Shown here: in pieces, positions 1-7,094 of the stretch
How the letters are laid out: each line of letters starts with the position of its first letter
How positions within the stretch are numbered: the stretch's first letter is position 1
Origin: Nitrospinae bacterium RIFCSPLOWO2_12_39_16
GTDB taxonomy: Bacteria > Nitrospinota > Nitrospinia > UBA9942
Direction of reading: 5' to 3'
Assembly: GCA_001805005.1 (NCBI GenBank)
Contig: MHDO01000021.1
Location: 1-43,082, forward strand
DNA length: 43,082 nt
Notes under the pieces: generated by a model
Databases searched by the model: none
The model's input: only the letters and a program-made list of their open reading frames with translations
What the model was told of the DNA's origin: nothing
Made by a program: the position numbers and the translations under genes

Positions 1-648
1 TAACCTAACTGTATCAAGACTTGCCTCGCTCTGCTTTACCTGTGCCAGAGAGGTTTTATATTGGGCTTCTGCGGCATTTAACTGGGCAATGTTTGAATCG
101 TGCATTGCCTCCAGAGACTTAAGCTGGGCAACCTGTGAGTCGTAACTGTACTGACTGCTATCCATATCCTTTTGGCTGGCAAGCCCTTCTTCCCAGAGTC
201 TTTTAATCCTGTCAAGGTTTATCCTGACATCTGCTACGGCAATCCGTGCCTTGTCTATATCTGCCTTTGAGGCATTAAGCCGTGCCCTGAGGTTTTCTAT
301 ATTTGCCCTTGCATTCTCAACACTTGCCTTTGCAGACTCAAGGTTTGCCTCTGCATGTCTCACTTTGGTTGTGAATTGTGCAGGGTCTATCTCTGCTATT
401 ATCTGACCCTTTTTAACAGGTGAGTTGAAGTCCACATAAATGTTTTTAATAGTCCCTGATACCTGAGTTCCCACTAAAACTGTGGTTACCGCATTTACGG
501 TGCCTGTGGCAGTAACAGTTGCCTCAATATCCCCTCTCGTGACCTTGTCGGTTTTGAATTTTGGCTCATTATTTTTATCTTTGAATGAGACAAACGCAAT
601 TGTGCCGCTTATCAATATAATTACAATAACAATAAGTAATTTCTTCAT
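1..648 (-). CDS. HlyD/MacA-family efflux periplasmic adaptor subunit, N-terminal 216 aa (rest of gene lies left of the window)
   Basis: Absent from the ORF track because it runs off the window. Own translation of the minus strand from ATG 648-646: MKKLLIVIVIILISGTIAFVSFKDKNNEPKFKTDKVTRGDIEATVTATGTVNAVTTVLVGTQVSGTIKNIYVDFNSPVKKGQIIAEIDP, followed by an Ala/Asn-rich coiled coil. Membrane anchor + lipoyl-like hairpin + coiled coil is the membrane-fusion-protein layout. Confidence 0.85.
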   Translation of the reverse strand, partial: MKKLLIVIVIILISGTIAFVSFKDKNNEPKFKTDKVTRGDIEATVTATGTVNAVTTVLVGTQVSGTIKNIYVDFNSPVKKGQIIAEIDPAQFTTKVRHAEANLESAKASVENARANIENLRARLNASKADIDKARIAVADVRINLDRIKRLWEEGLASQKDMDSSQYSYDSQVAQLKSLEAMHDSNIAQLNAAEAQYKTSLAQVKQSEASLDTVRL

Positions 649-679
649 ATCATGAAAGGGTCTGCCCTTGTGTAGGCGG

Positions 680-1159
680 CTATTTATTTATGTCTTTATC
701 ACGATTTCCCTTAAATCTCTCCTTCATCATCTCTGTAAACTTTTTGTACTGCTCAGGGGTGAGAATCTTTCGCATCCCGATGATACCTTCCAGACGGTTT
801 TCTTCTTCTTTCATTCTCAGGGTTTTGATATCGCTGTGTATCGCCCTAACCTTGCCTTCGTCAAAATCGGCTTTCTGCAGTTCTTTACGCAGTTCTTCCA
901 TCTTTCCGCGAATTTGCTCGTGTAATTCCTTTGTTTCGGCAAAGTGCTTTTTGCGATGCTCTTTAATTTTTGCCCTCTGCTCCTCGCTTAGACCAAGCTG
1001 CTCTTGAATCTTTTCCATCCTTTTTTCCATCATAGCATGGCGATCAGGGTCGGCGTCATCATGTGGGCCGTGAGCCAAAGCTTTTGTCTGCAGGACAAAA
1101 ACAGCAGTTACTATAACCACTGCCATGAGCAAATGGTTTTGAATATATTTCATTTCCAC
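680..1159 (-). CDS. Periplasmic Spy/CpxP-family (LTxxQ motif) stress protein
   Basis: Signal peptide MEMKYIQNHLLMAVVIVTAVFVLQTKALA. His-rich mature N-terminus HGPHDDADPDRH. Helical Lys/Glu-rich body with LSEEQ and ILTPEQYKKF (LTxxQ-type) motifs. SD AAGGAGGTG lies 7 nt upstream of GTG 1159. Confidence 0.7.
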   Translation of the reverse strand: MEMKYIQNHLLMAVVIVTAVFVLQTKALAHGPHDDADPDRHAMMEKRMEKIQEQLGLSEEQRAKIKEHRKKHFAETKELHEQIRGKMEELRKELQKADFDEGKVRAIHSDIKTLRMKEEENRLEGIIGMRKILTPEQYKKFTEMMKERFKGNRDKDINK

Positions 1160-1249
1160 CTTATTTCACCTCCTTTTACTTAAGGGCATTGACTACAGAT
1201 TTACCTGACAAAAAAATCAAAAAAACTTAAACAAACAACTCTATAAATT

Positions 1250-1594
1250 TTAAAAAATTTCCTTGTTAATCCATACTTTCTCTAAACTTACCTTCCCTCC
1301 CCCTTTTGCAAGAATGAAGATAAATGATGCAAAATACACCAATGCCAACTCTCCTTTATTCATTATGGGTATCCATCCATGGGGGAGATGTGCGGTGATG
1401 AAGGCACCTGCCATTACAATACTGCTTGCAAACGCAGCAAGTCGGGTCAATAGTCCAGCAGCTATCAAAAGCCCGCCGAAAAACTCGATTATTCCGACAA
1501 ACCACATTAGAGAAAACATTGATACCGATGCCTTTGCACCAAACAGCCCAAACAGTTTTTGTGCCCCATGCTCAAAAAAGAGCAATCCTACCAT
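1250..1594 (-). CDS. DoxX-family membrane protein (5' end apparently displaced by a -1 frameshift; full gene probably 1250..1653)
   Basis: FFRIMVGLLFFEHGAQKLFGLFG plus three further TM helices is the DoxX signature. The in-frame upstream sequence YFYVFFRI continues the first helix but has no start codon. A strong SD (GGAGGTGA) + ATG at 1653 is in the +1 register and joins through an A7 tract (1625-1631). Confidence 0.8.
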   Translation of the reverse strand: MVGLLFFEHGAQKLFGLFGAKASVSMFSLMWFVGIIEFFGGLLIAAGLLTRLAAFASSIVMAGAFITAHLPHGWIPIMNKGELALVYFASFIFILAKGGGKVSLEKVWINKEIF

Positions 1595-1710
1595 AATGCG
1601 AAAAAAGACATAGAAGTACTCATGTTTTTTTCTAACAAGTTATAGTATATCATTTTAAAATCACCTCCTTAATTTTAGTTTCAATTAAAAAAATGGCTTT
1701 CTTCTCATTT

Positions 1711-1737
1711 TAGACAAAAGAAAATGCAAAAAGTTCC
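1711..1737 (-). promoter_or_regulatory. Candidate ECF-sigma-dependent promoter upstream of DoxX
   Basis: Minus strand reads GGAACTT-TTTGCATTTTCTTTT-GTCTA (AAC-N17-GTC). Nearly identical to the site in front of the ECF sigma gene. About 50 nt upstream of SD+ATG 1653. Confidence 0.55.
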
Positions 1738-1741
1738 CCTC

Positions 1742-2245
1742 TCATAAAAAATACTTCTCGATCTCCGTTCCGTAACCTTCCTCTTCCTCTGTTGTTGTGC
1801 TGGATAACTCATCTATGATAGAGGCAAGATATTGTATTGACTCATCGGATGTTGTATTTTTGACTGTCTGATTTTGACCGACGGGATTAAGAAACACAAC
1901 TGCAGCCACAACGATAACGGCAACTATAGCTGATGCTAAAGCCATCCTGACCGCAAAGATATTTTTAAATGAAGAAGCTAATTCAGACAAAAAACCTGCT
2001 CCGGCTGCTGTTTTTTCTTCAGAAATAATCTCTTCTTTTATCCTCTGCCAGATCTTCTCATGGGAAAGGGATAGTTTTGGTGCATTTTTAAATGGCTCAA
2101 CCGTGCTTTCCATGGCAATCTCCATAAACTCTTTACAGTAAACACAAGAGGATAAATGAGCTTCTGCTTCCCTCCTGTTTTGTTCATTCATCATACCGTC
2201 TAAATAATCGGTCAATAAAACTTCCTGTATTTCTTTACATTTCAT
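1742..2245 (-). CDS. Anti-sigma factor, zf-HC2 type, single-pass membrane protein
   Basis: N-terminal MKCKEIQEVLLTDYLDG...AHLSSCVYCKEF (H-x3-C-x2-C zinc motif). Central TM ALASAIVAVIVVAAVVFL. Sits immediately downstream of the ECF sigma gene. Confidence 0.8.
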   Translation of the reverse strand: MKCKEIQEVLLTDYLDGMMNEQNRREAEAHLSSCVYCKEFMEIAMESTVEPFKNAPKLSLSHEKIWQRIKEEIISEEKTAAGAGFLSELASSFKNIFAVRMALASAIVAVIVVAAVVFLNPVGQNQTVKNTTSDESIQYLASIIDELSSTTTEEEEGYGTEIEKYFL

Positions 2246-2260
2246 ATTGAGCCACCTCTT

Positions 2261-2313
2261 TACCCCGTTACACCCAGAATGCCCCGCACTTCAGGACAGG
2301 GTGTAACGGGGTA
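2261..2313 (-). promoter_or_regulatory. Perfect 15-bp inverted repeat spanning the sigma stop codon, just upstream of the anti-sigma SD
   Basis: TACCCCGTTACACCC (2261-2275) and GGGTGTAACGGGGTA (2299-2313) are exact reverse complements separated by 23 nt. The sigma stop (2291-2293) lies in the loop. Confidence 0.6.
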
Positions 2314-2848
2314 TACTTAATGACATCATTGCTTCCCTTGCACGTTTAATGCGGCTGCGAACTGTGTTAATGGGAATATTCAGATTTTCAGCGATCTCCT
2401 GATAACTCAAGCCCTCAAGATTTCTAAGAACGATACATGCCCTCTGGTCGGGATTCAGGGCATCTAAAAGTCTGGCTATCATTTTTTTATTTTCCTGGTT
2501 TTTGATTGCATCTTCATCCTCCGGAGGAGAATGTGCAACCGCTTTATCATTGCCATGCTCAAGTATCTGTCTGAACTCTCTTGATAGCTTTTTTGCATGG
2601 TTAATCGCGGTATTGATAGCAATTCGGTAAATCCATGTTTTTAATGCTGATTCACCGCGAAAGGTTTTAAGGTTCCTGTAGATGGTCATAAAGACCTCCT
2701 GTGCCACATCTTCGGCATCGTCGGTATGCTTGACAATACGAAGCACCACATTAGCCACAAATTCAAAATATTCTCTATATATGGACTCAAAGGCTTTAAT
2801 ATCACCTTTGGCTGCCTTATTGACTATATCCCCGGATATTTCACTCAT
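2291..2848 (-). CDS. ECF-type RNA polymerase sigma-70 family factor
   Basis: 185 aa. Region 2 (DAEDVAQEVFMTIYRNLKTFRGESALKTWIYRIAINTAINHAKK) and region 4 (ACIVLRNLEGLSYQEIAENLNIPINTVRSRIKRAREAM) are typical ECF sigma. Confidence 0.9.
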   Translation of the reverse strand: MSEISGDIVNKAAKGDIKAFESIYREYFEFVANVVLRIVKHTDDAEDVAQEVFMTIYRNLKTFRGESALKTWIYRIAINTAINHAKKLSREFRQILEHGNDKAVAHSPPEDEDAIKNQENKKMIARLLDALNPDQRACIVLRNLEGLSYQEIAENLNIPINTVRSRIKRAREAMMSLSIPRYTLS

Positions 2849-2862
2849 GGCTCATTATTTAT

Positions 2863-2890
2863 TAGACAACAAACAAAATCAAAAAGTTCC
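2863..2890 (-). promoter_or_regulatory. Candidate autoregulatory ECF-sigma promoter
   Basis: Minus strand reads GGAACTT-TTTGATTTTGTTTGTT-GTCTA (AAC-N18-GTC), 15 nt upstream of the sigma start codon. Shares GGAACTTTTTG and TTGTCTAA with the site at 1711-1737. Confidence 0.5.
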
Positions 2891-2894
2891 AAAA

Positions 2895-3004
2895 GGATAT
2901 TATAAAACCACAGAAAACACTGAAGGCACAGAAAAAACCGGTTAAAAATAAATATTTTAATTCAGTGTCTTCAGTGCTTCAGTGGTTTAAATCAGGTCTT
3001 TGTT
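2895..3004 (+). repeat. Gene-boundary hairpin element, copy 1 (CACTGAAG-type arms)
   Basis: 5' GGATATTATAAAACCAC. Left arm 2905-2933 and right arm 2961-2988 match 24/29 as reverse complements. 3' GTGGTTTAAATCAGGTCTTTGTT abuts the antiporter stop. Confidence 0.75.
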
Positions 3005-4145
3005 ATTCCGAATCTAAGATATCTTCCGAGTGAAGAGGCATAAACCATTTCTGTGCAACGAAGGTTGGAATCACCGCACTCGCAATAAGCACACCTGTCA
3101 AAACAGAATACTGCACCTGATTTATAAAACCTGAATTTAAGCCGAATACACTTGCGATTAACCCGAATGTTAAGCCTGTGCTCATTAAAAGTGTTGTATA
3201 AATATTTCCACTGGGAATATATCTCTTTGCAAGGAAGTAAACACCAATAAATTTCATCAATTGTTTTATTACAAAAAAGGCAATGAAAAGCCCGAAAGCT
3301 GACATAATCAATGGAAATGAGACCTTTAAGCCCCCGACAATGAAAAAGAGGGGGGTGATAATTGCAAAGGAAACAGTTCTTAACCTGTTCTTTACGACCT
3401 TCGTCCCGGATGTCTCAGTAAAATGTTTTGACATCATTAGTCCCAAAACGAATGCCGGCAGTATTGCATGCCCCTCTCCTAAATTTGCGAAATAGATGAA
3501 TATCAGTAACAGGAGAAAAATATATTTTATCTCAGGCTCAATTACCTTGTTTTTTAATTTCGGGTTATCAAAGACCTGATGGGAAAATCGGGTTGCCAGT
3601 ATTATTACAAATATGGAAATTATAATAAAGATGAATGTAAATAAGTTTGGTTTTATAAATATGACACTCAATGTAAGTGCAACCCACATATTTGTTATAA
3701 AGGTAGATGCCATGATCAATTTGCCAATCTCTGTTTTTGAAAGATTCGTTTCTATAAGAACTGAGTAAACTACGGCGATAGAGGTTTCTGATAGGGCGGT
3801 AGCGACAATCAAAGATGCAGGAAGGCTCCAGCCTATAACATAGTATGTGTAAAGGAATGCCCCGATAAAAGGAATTAAAAAGGAAAATGCACCAATAAGA
3901 AAGCTCTCTTTAAATTTATCCCTCATTAATCGTGTGTCAATCTCGGCACCTGCCAAAAAGGTTAAAATAATTCCGCCGAAGTTTGCCAGATATAGCATCC
4001 ACTCTTCAGTCTTAAGCCCCAGATTTCCAGAGACAGCCCCTAAAAGAATCTCTATTATTGCTACTGATATACCAATTCTTAATGAAATAAGGCTTGAGAA
4101 AAAGACTAATAAGCCAACAATTAGTGGGGTAAAATCCGCCTTCAA
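3003..4145 (-). CDS. Cation:proton antiporter (Na+/H+ exchanger family, CPA2-like)
   Basis: 380 aa, about 11-12 TM helices, FLAGAEID motif. TTG start at 4145 is supported by SD GGGAGG 6 nt upstream. Confidence 0.85.
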   Translation of the reverse strand: MKADFTPLIVGLLVFFSSLISLRIGISVAIIEILLGAVSGNLGLKTEEWMLYLANFGGIILTFLAGAEIDTRLMRDKFKESFLIGAFSFLIPFIGAFLYTYYVIGWSLPASLIVATALSETSIAVVYSVLIETNLSKTEIGKLIMASTFITNMWVALTLSVIFIKPNLFTFIFIIISIFVIILATRFSHQVFDNPKLKNKVIEPEIKYIFLLLLIFIYFANLGEGHAILPAFVLGLMMSKHFTETSGTKVVKNRLRTVSFAIITPLFFIVGGLKVSFPLIMSAFGLFIAFFVIKQLMKFIGVYFLAKRYIPSGNIYTTLLMSTGLTFGLIASVFGLNSGFINQVQYSVLTGVLIASAVIPTFVAQKWFMPLHSEDILDSE

Positions 4146-4238
4146 GATTAACCTCCCTTTTTTGAAATTTGTAGGAGTTATCAGCCATTAAGGCGGTTAA
4201 AGGTGAACTCCATCACCTCCTTTTAAGAAAGGGGCTTT

Positions 4239-4790
4239 TTAAAGTATCATTGCTAACTTTTTGGATATTTCCTCTTTTGTCAGCATACCTATGAAACTGT
4301 CTTTCACAAGGCCGTTTCTATCTATGAAGAAGCTCATTGGTATTCCAAATACCCTATAGGCATCGCTGGTAGTTCCGTCAATATCCAGTAAGATTGGGTA
4401 TGTCATCTTATAATCCTTTGCAAATTTAGATACCTTTGATTCATTTTCCTTTATGTTGACCCCGAGGATTACAAGCCCATTATCCTTATTTTCATCATAA
4501 CCTTTCTGGAGGTCGGGTATCTCCTCTCTGCAGGGGTGGCACCATGTTGCCCAGAAATTAATTATAACCGCCTTCCCCTTAAAACTGCTTAACTTTACAT
4601 CATTGCCGTTTAAGTCCTTCAATGTGAAATCCTGTGCAGGTTTTGGTTCGGAGGCTTGAGATTTTTTTTCTTCCTGTGAAATATCTGCTGATTTATTGCT
4701 ATCACAATTAAACGGCATGATAATCAATAATAGAAAGGCAAGAATTAATTTTAAACTTTGAATTTTGAACTTTGAGCTTTTATTATTCAT
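4239..4790 (-). CDS. TlpA/ResA-like periplasmic thiol:disulfide oxidoreductase (canonical WCHPC)
   Basis: FWATWCHPCREEIPDL thioredoxin-fold CXXC, signal anchor LILAFLLLIIMPF. ATG at 4790 overlaps the upstream stop (ATGA, 4787-4790) and has SD GGAGGG 6 nt upstream. The track start at 4823 is less likely. Confidence 0.85.
   Translation of the reverse strand: MNNKSSKFKIQSLKLILAFLLLIIMPFNCDSNKSADISQEEKKSQASEPKPAQDFTLKDLNGNDVKLSSFKGKAVIINFWATWCHPCREEIPDLQKGYDENKDNGLVILGVNIKENESKVSKFAKDYKMTYPILLDIDGTTSDAYRVFGIPMSFFIDRNGLVKDSFIGMLTKEEISKKLAMIL
4747..4781. repeat. Heptanucleotide array AATTTTG/AACTTTG x5
   Basis: AATTTTA AACTTTG AATTTTG AACTTTG AGCTTTT. Encodes SSKFKIQSLKLI of TlpA. Confidence 0.85.
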
Positions 4791-5608
4791 ATTCCCTCCG
4801 GATATACAATGGGTAAATCCCACCTGAATATTCTATCATCTTTTGTAGCCAGATTTCTTATTATCAGCTCAAAATATTCTGCCTTATCATCGAGTATCTC
4901 TTTTTTAAATTTTACTATCCCCTCCCTGTGATGCTTATCCCATGCCTCAAACCTCAGCTCCCATCCTTTATTTGCAGGATATTCTTTATTATTTACCCTC
5001 AGGTAGGATAATTCATCCAGAGGATAATTCTCAAGCCTGCCGTCATGAACATTTAAACTTATTATAAATACTATGTTATTTTCAACATCATATTTTTTTA
5101 TCAGGTCAGGTGCACCTATAGATTTAAGGTATTCGGATGTGGTGTATGTAATATCAGCATATACATCTCCATATCCCATATCATTCCTCCATAAGAGCCT
5201 TTGAATCTGTTTTACTATTCTATAAGGCAGATTAGACTGCGGGACTGGATAGGTTTCTTTTAAATAATTTGTTATAACATCTGCCTCTTTACTGGTCATC
5301 TCAACCCCTTTTTCCGCCCTCATCCTGTCCACTACCTCTATCCACCCTGCAGGGGGGAGAAGGACCATTTTTATAACCTCATCCCCGTGGCATTTGCGGT
5401 AACATTTTTGCTGATACAATACCCTCGCCTCTTTTTCGCTCAAATTTTTTATTATGGAGTGTTTGAACATAAATAGCTTTGTTAAACTGTAAACATAATC
5501 AATATCATCCTTAATGCCAGAACCTTCGGAGATTGCAAATAGGATTGCCGGTATGGAAATGGAGGTGGCTATAAGAAAAACAATAGAAATTTTTTTAAAT
5601 AATTTCAT
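4787..5608 (-). CDS. Secreted hypothetical protein with a CX3CH (CYRKCH) putative haem c-type site
   Basis: Signal/anchor MKLFKKISIVFLIATSISIPAILFA. QQKCYRKCHGDEVIKMVLLPPAGWIEVVDRMRAEKGVEMTSKEADVITNYLKETY resembles single-haem binding domains followed by a W..v.RM...g..ls..ea..i..YL helix pair. The motif was verified codon by codon at 5387-5404. Confidence 0.6.
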   Translation of the reverse strand: MKLFKKISIVFLIATSISIPAILFAISEGSGIKDDIDYVYSLTKLFMFKHSIIKNLSEKEARVLYQQKCYRKCHGDEVIKMVLLPPAGWIEVVDRMRAEKGVEMTSKEADVITNYLKETYPVPQSNLPYRIVKQIQRLLWRNDMGYGDVYADITYTTSEYLKSIGAPDLIKKYDVENNIVFIISLNVHDGRLENYPLDELSYLRVNNKEYPANKGWELRFEAWDKHHREGIVKFKKEILDDKAEYFELIIRNLATKDDRIFRWDLPIVYPEGI

Positions 5609-5650
5609 TAATAAAAATCTGTGAAAATCTGTGGTTAAGTTATGTTTTTA
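5609..5650 (+). repeat. Gene-boundary element, right half only
   Basis: AAAATCTGTG x2 then GTGGTTAAGTTATGTTTTTATTC. Lies between the FGE-fold stop and the start of the next gene. Confidence 0.55.
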
Positions 5651-6466
5651 TTCTTTGTAGTCCATCACACATCTGAATCCGTAATCATTAGACTCCATAT
5701 CAGGGCTTTCACCGAGTCTTACAGCGCTTCGGGTGCTGACTGCCGGGCTTAACCATGAGCCCCCTTTAATAACCCTAAGCTCTTTTTCCTTGTCATACCA
5801 TGTATCTGTCCATTCCCAAACATTCCCTGCCATATCATGGACACCATAAGGACTCTTACCCTCTTTATATTTATCCACCTCTGTTGTGCCTCCAAATGTT
5901 ATAGAACCTGATGTCTCCTGTGCAAACTGTCCTACCCTGGCACTCCCGCCCAATCCAGATTCATATGAGTTGCACATTAATGTATCAAATTCATTGCCCC
6001 ACGGATATATCCTTCCATCTGTCCCCCTCGCAGCCTTTTCCCACTCTTCCTCGGTTGGGAGTCTCTTTCCTGCAGATTTGCAGTATTCATTTGACTTATC
6101 CCATTTTATGTTTACTACAGGGTGTCTTGCCCTGTCTGATGGAAAACTATGGTTTGGGTCAAATTTTTTATAGTCAGCATTTGTTACCTCATGGATGTCT
6201 ATATAGAATGGTGGAAGGTTAATTTTCTTCTTAGGTTCTTCATCAGAATACCACTTTGACTTACCGCCTAACTTTTTGACTGTATCTTCTATTTCTGAAG
6301 TATCACTCCCCATTATAAACTCACCGGCAGGTATCAGAACCATCCCTTCCTGGGTTAAGGGAGATTCTGCCGATATTGCAAATTGCAAATTGCAAATTGC
6401 AAAAGTCAAAGTTATACCTAAAAAATATTTTGCTTTAAGTATTTTTCTGTGTAAATCTGTGTTCAT
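5648..6466 (-). CDS. FGE-sulfatase (SUMF1/EgtB/PvdO) fold protein, secreted, lacking the FGE catalytic Cys pair
   Basis: MVLIPAGEFIMGS, YIDIHEVTNADYKKF, AGKRLPTEEEWEKAARGTDGRIYPWGN, GNVWEWT, RVIKGGSWLS, GFRCV. No Cys between GGSW and GFRC. The N-terminus is encoded by repeat DNA, so the start is uncertain. Confidence 0.85.
   Translation of the reverse strand: MNTDLHRKILKAKYFLGITLTFAICNLQFAISAESPLTQEGMVLIPAGEFIMGSDTSEIEDTVKKLGGKSKWYSDEEPKKKINLPPFYIDIHEVTNADYKKFDPNHSFPSDRARHPVVNIKWDKSNEYCKSAGKRLPTEEEWEKAARGTDGRIYPWGNEFDTLMCNSYESGLGGSARVGQFAQETSGSITFGGTTEVDKYKEGKSPYGVHDMAGNVWEWTDTWYDKEKELRVIKGGSWLSPAVSTRSAVRLGESPDMESNDYGFRCVMDYKE
6375..6402. repeat. Heptanucleotide array ATTGCAA x4
   Basis: Exact 4 x 7 nt. 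Encodes FAICNLQFAI in the FGE-fold protein N-terminus. Confidence 0.9.
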
Positions 6467-6497
6467 CTGTGGTTAATTAGGTTTTTGTTTTTCCTTT
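6444..6497 (+). repeat. Gene-boundary element, right half only; 3' terminus forms the CcmH-like C-terminus
   Basis: TTTCTGTG TAAATCTGTG TTCATCTGTG GTTAATTAGGTTTTTGTTTTTCCT. The last 21 nt are identical to 41498-41518. Confidence 0.7.
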
Positions 6498-6950
6498 TTC
6501 TAAAAAATCCAGCACCCCTGTTATTATTAGATATAATACACCTGACCATACGAAGACAAGGGCAATGAAAAGGGCTATATCACTTATCGGATAGCCCCCC
6601 CTTGTGATTTGATACCATTTTCCATGTATTCTCTGCAGTGGTGTAAGCATTGACTCTTTTCCAAACCGCTTAAAAAAGTATCCCTCAATCTCATCCTTGC
6701 CTGCACCTGCCATCAGCCTTTTTCCTATCATATCCTTCCATTCCATTCCGCAGCTCATATGACAGTCTTCAAGGACCATCGGGCATTCACACGGGCAGGC
6801 AATGTTATGGGATATGCCCATCACAGTATCCGCAGCAGCAGAAGGCCAGAAGACATATTTTATAACAGAGAAGATAATTATAATTGATAAAGATAGAAGG
6901 AATATTTTTATTTTCATCTTGAAATTAATGAAATTATAAAATTTAGCCAC
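6477..6950 (-). CDS. CcmH/NrfF-like membrane-anchored protein with atypical Cys cluster
   Basis: IACPCECPMVLEDCHMSCGMEWKDMIGKRLMAGAGKDEIEGYFFKRFGKESMLTP followed by a TM helix. The layout matches CcmH (Cys motif, then an i..mv..G.sd.eI..yfv.rYG..vl..P helix), but the usual LRCxxC is replaced. The start may be ATG 6917 (MKIKIFLL) rather than GTG 6950. Confidence 0.55.
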   Translation of the reverse strand: MAKFYNFINFKMKIKIFLLSLSIIIIFSVIKYVFWPSAAADTVMGISHNIACPCECPMVLEDCHMSCGMEWKDMIGKRLMAGAGKDEIEGYFFKRFGKESMLTPLQRIHGKWYQITRGGYPISDIALFIALVFVWSGVLYLIITGVLDFLEKGKTKT

Positions 6951-7094
6951 AGACTTTCACGGACTAAAATATTAAAAAAACAATAATTAGGAGAAAGGGG
7001 GCATTTTCTTTTTTTCCTAATTTCTCCATTTCTCCTTAATCTTTTTATTTGTTTTTGGTCTGTGCGAGTCTGTGGCTAATCAATCTTTGTTCTT
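6921..7094 (+). repeat. Gene-boundary hairpin element with G5/C5 core
   Basis: 5' GAAATTATAAAATTTAGCCACAGACTTTCACGGACT. Core AGGAGAAAGGGGG...TTCTCCTTAATCTTTT. Right arm GGTCTGTGCGAGTCTGTGGCTAATCAATCTTTGTTCTT. Confidence 0.8.

Noticed and set aside
1176-1206. A third ECF-type promoter upstream of the Spy/CpxP-like gene (minus strand TTTAAGTTTTTTTGATTTTTTTGTCAGG).
   Set aside because: It shares the T-rich spacer, but the -35 is AAG instead of AAC and the -10 is GTCAGG instead of GTCTAA. It is too degenerate to call. The gene may be read through from the DoxX promoter.
5886-6173. Antisense ORFs of the three FGE-fold genes share a conserved peptide (PHGYILPSVPLAAFSHSSSVGSLFPA at 5886-6173, nearly the same at 22446-22835 and 20003-20275), which could suggest a real overlapping gene.
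   Set aside because: The similarity is the mirror image of the highly conserved sense peptide AGKRLPTEEEWEKAARGTDGRIYPWG. The conservation follows the sense-strand codon phase and there are no start signals.
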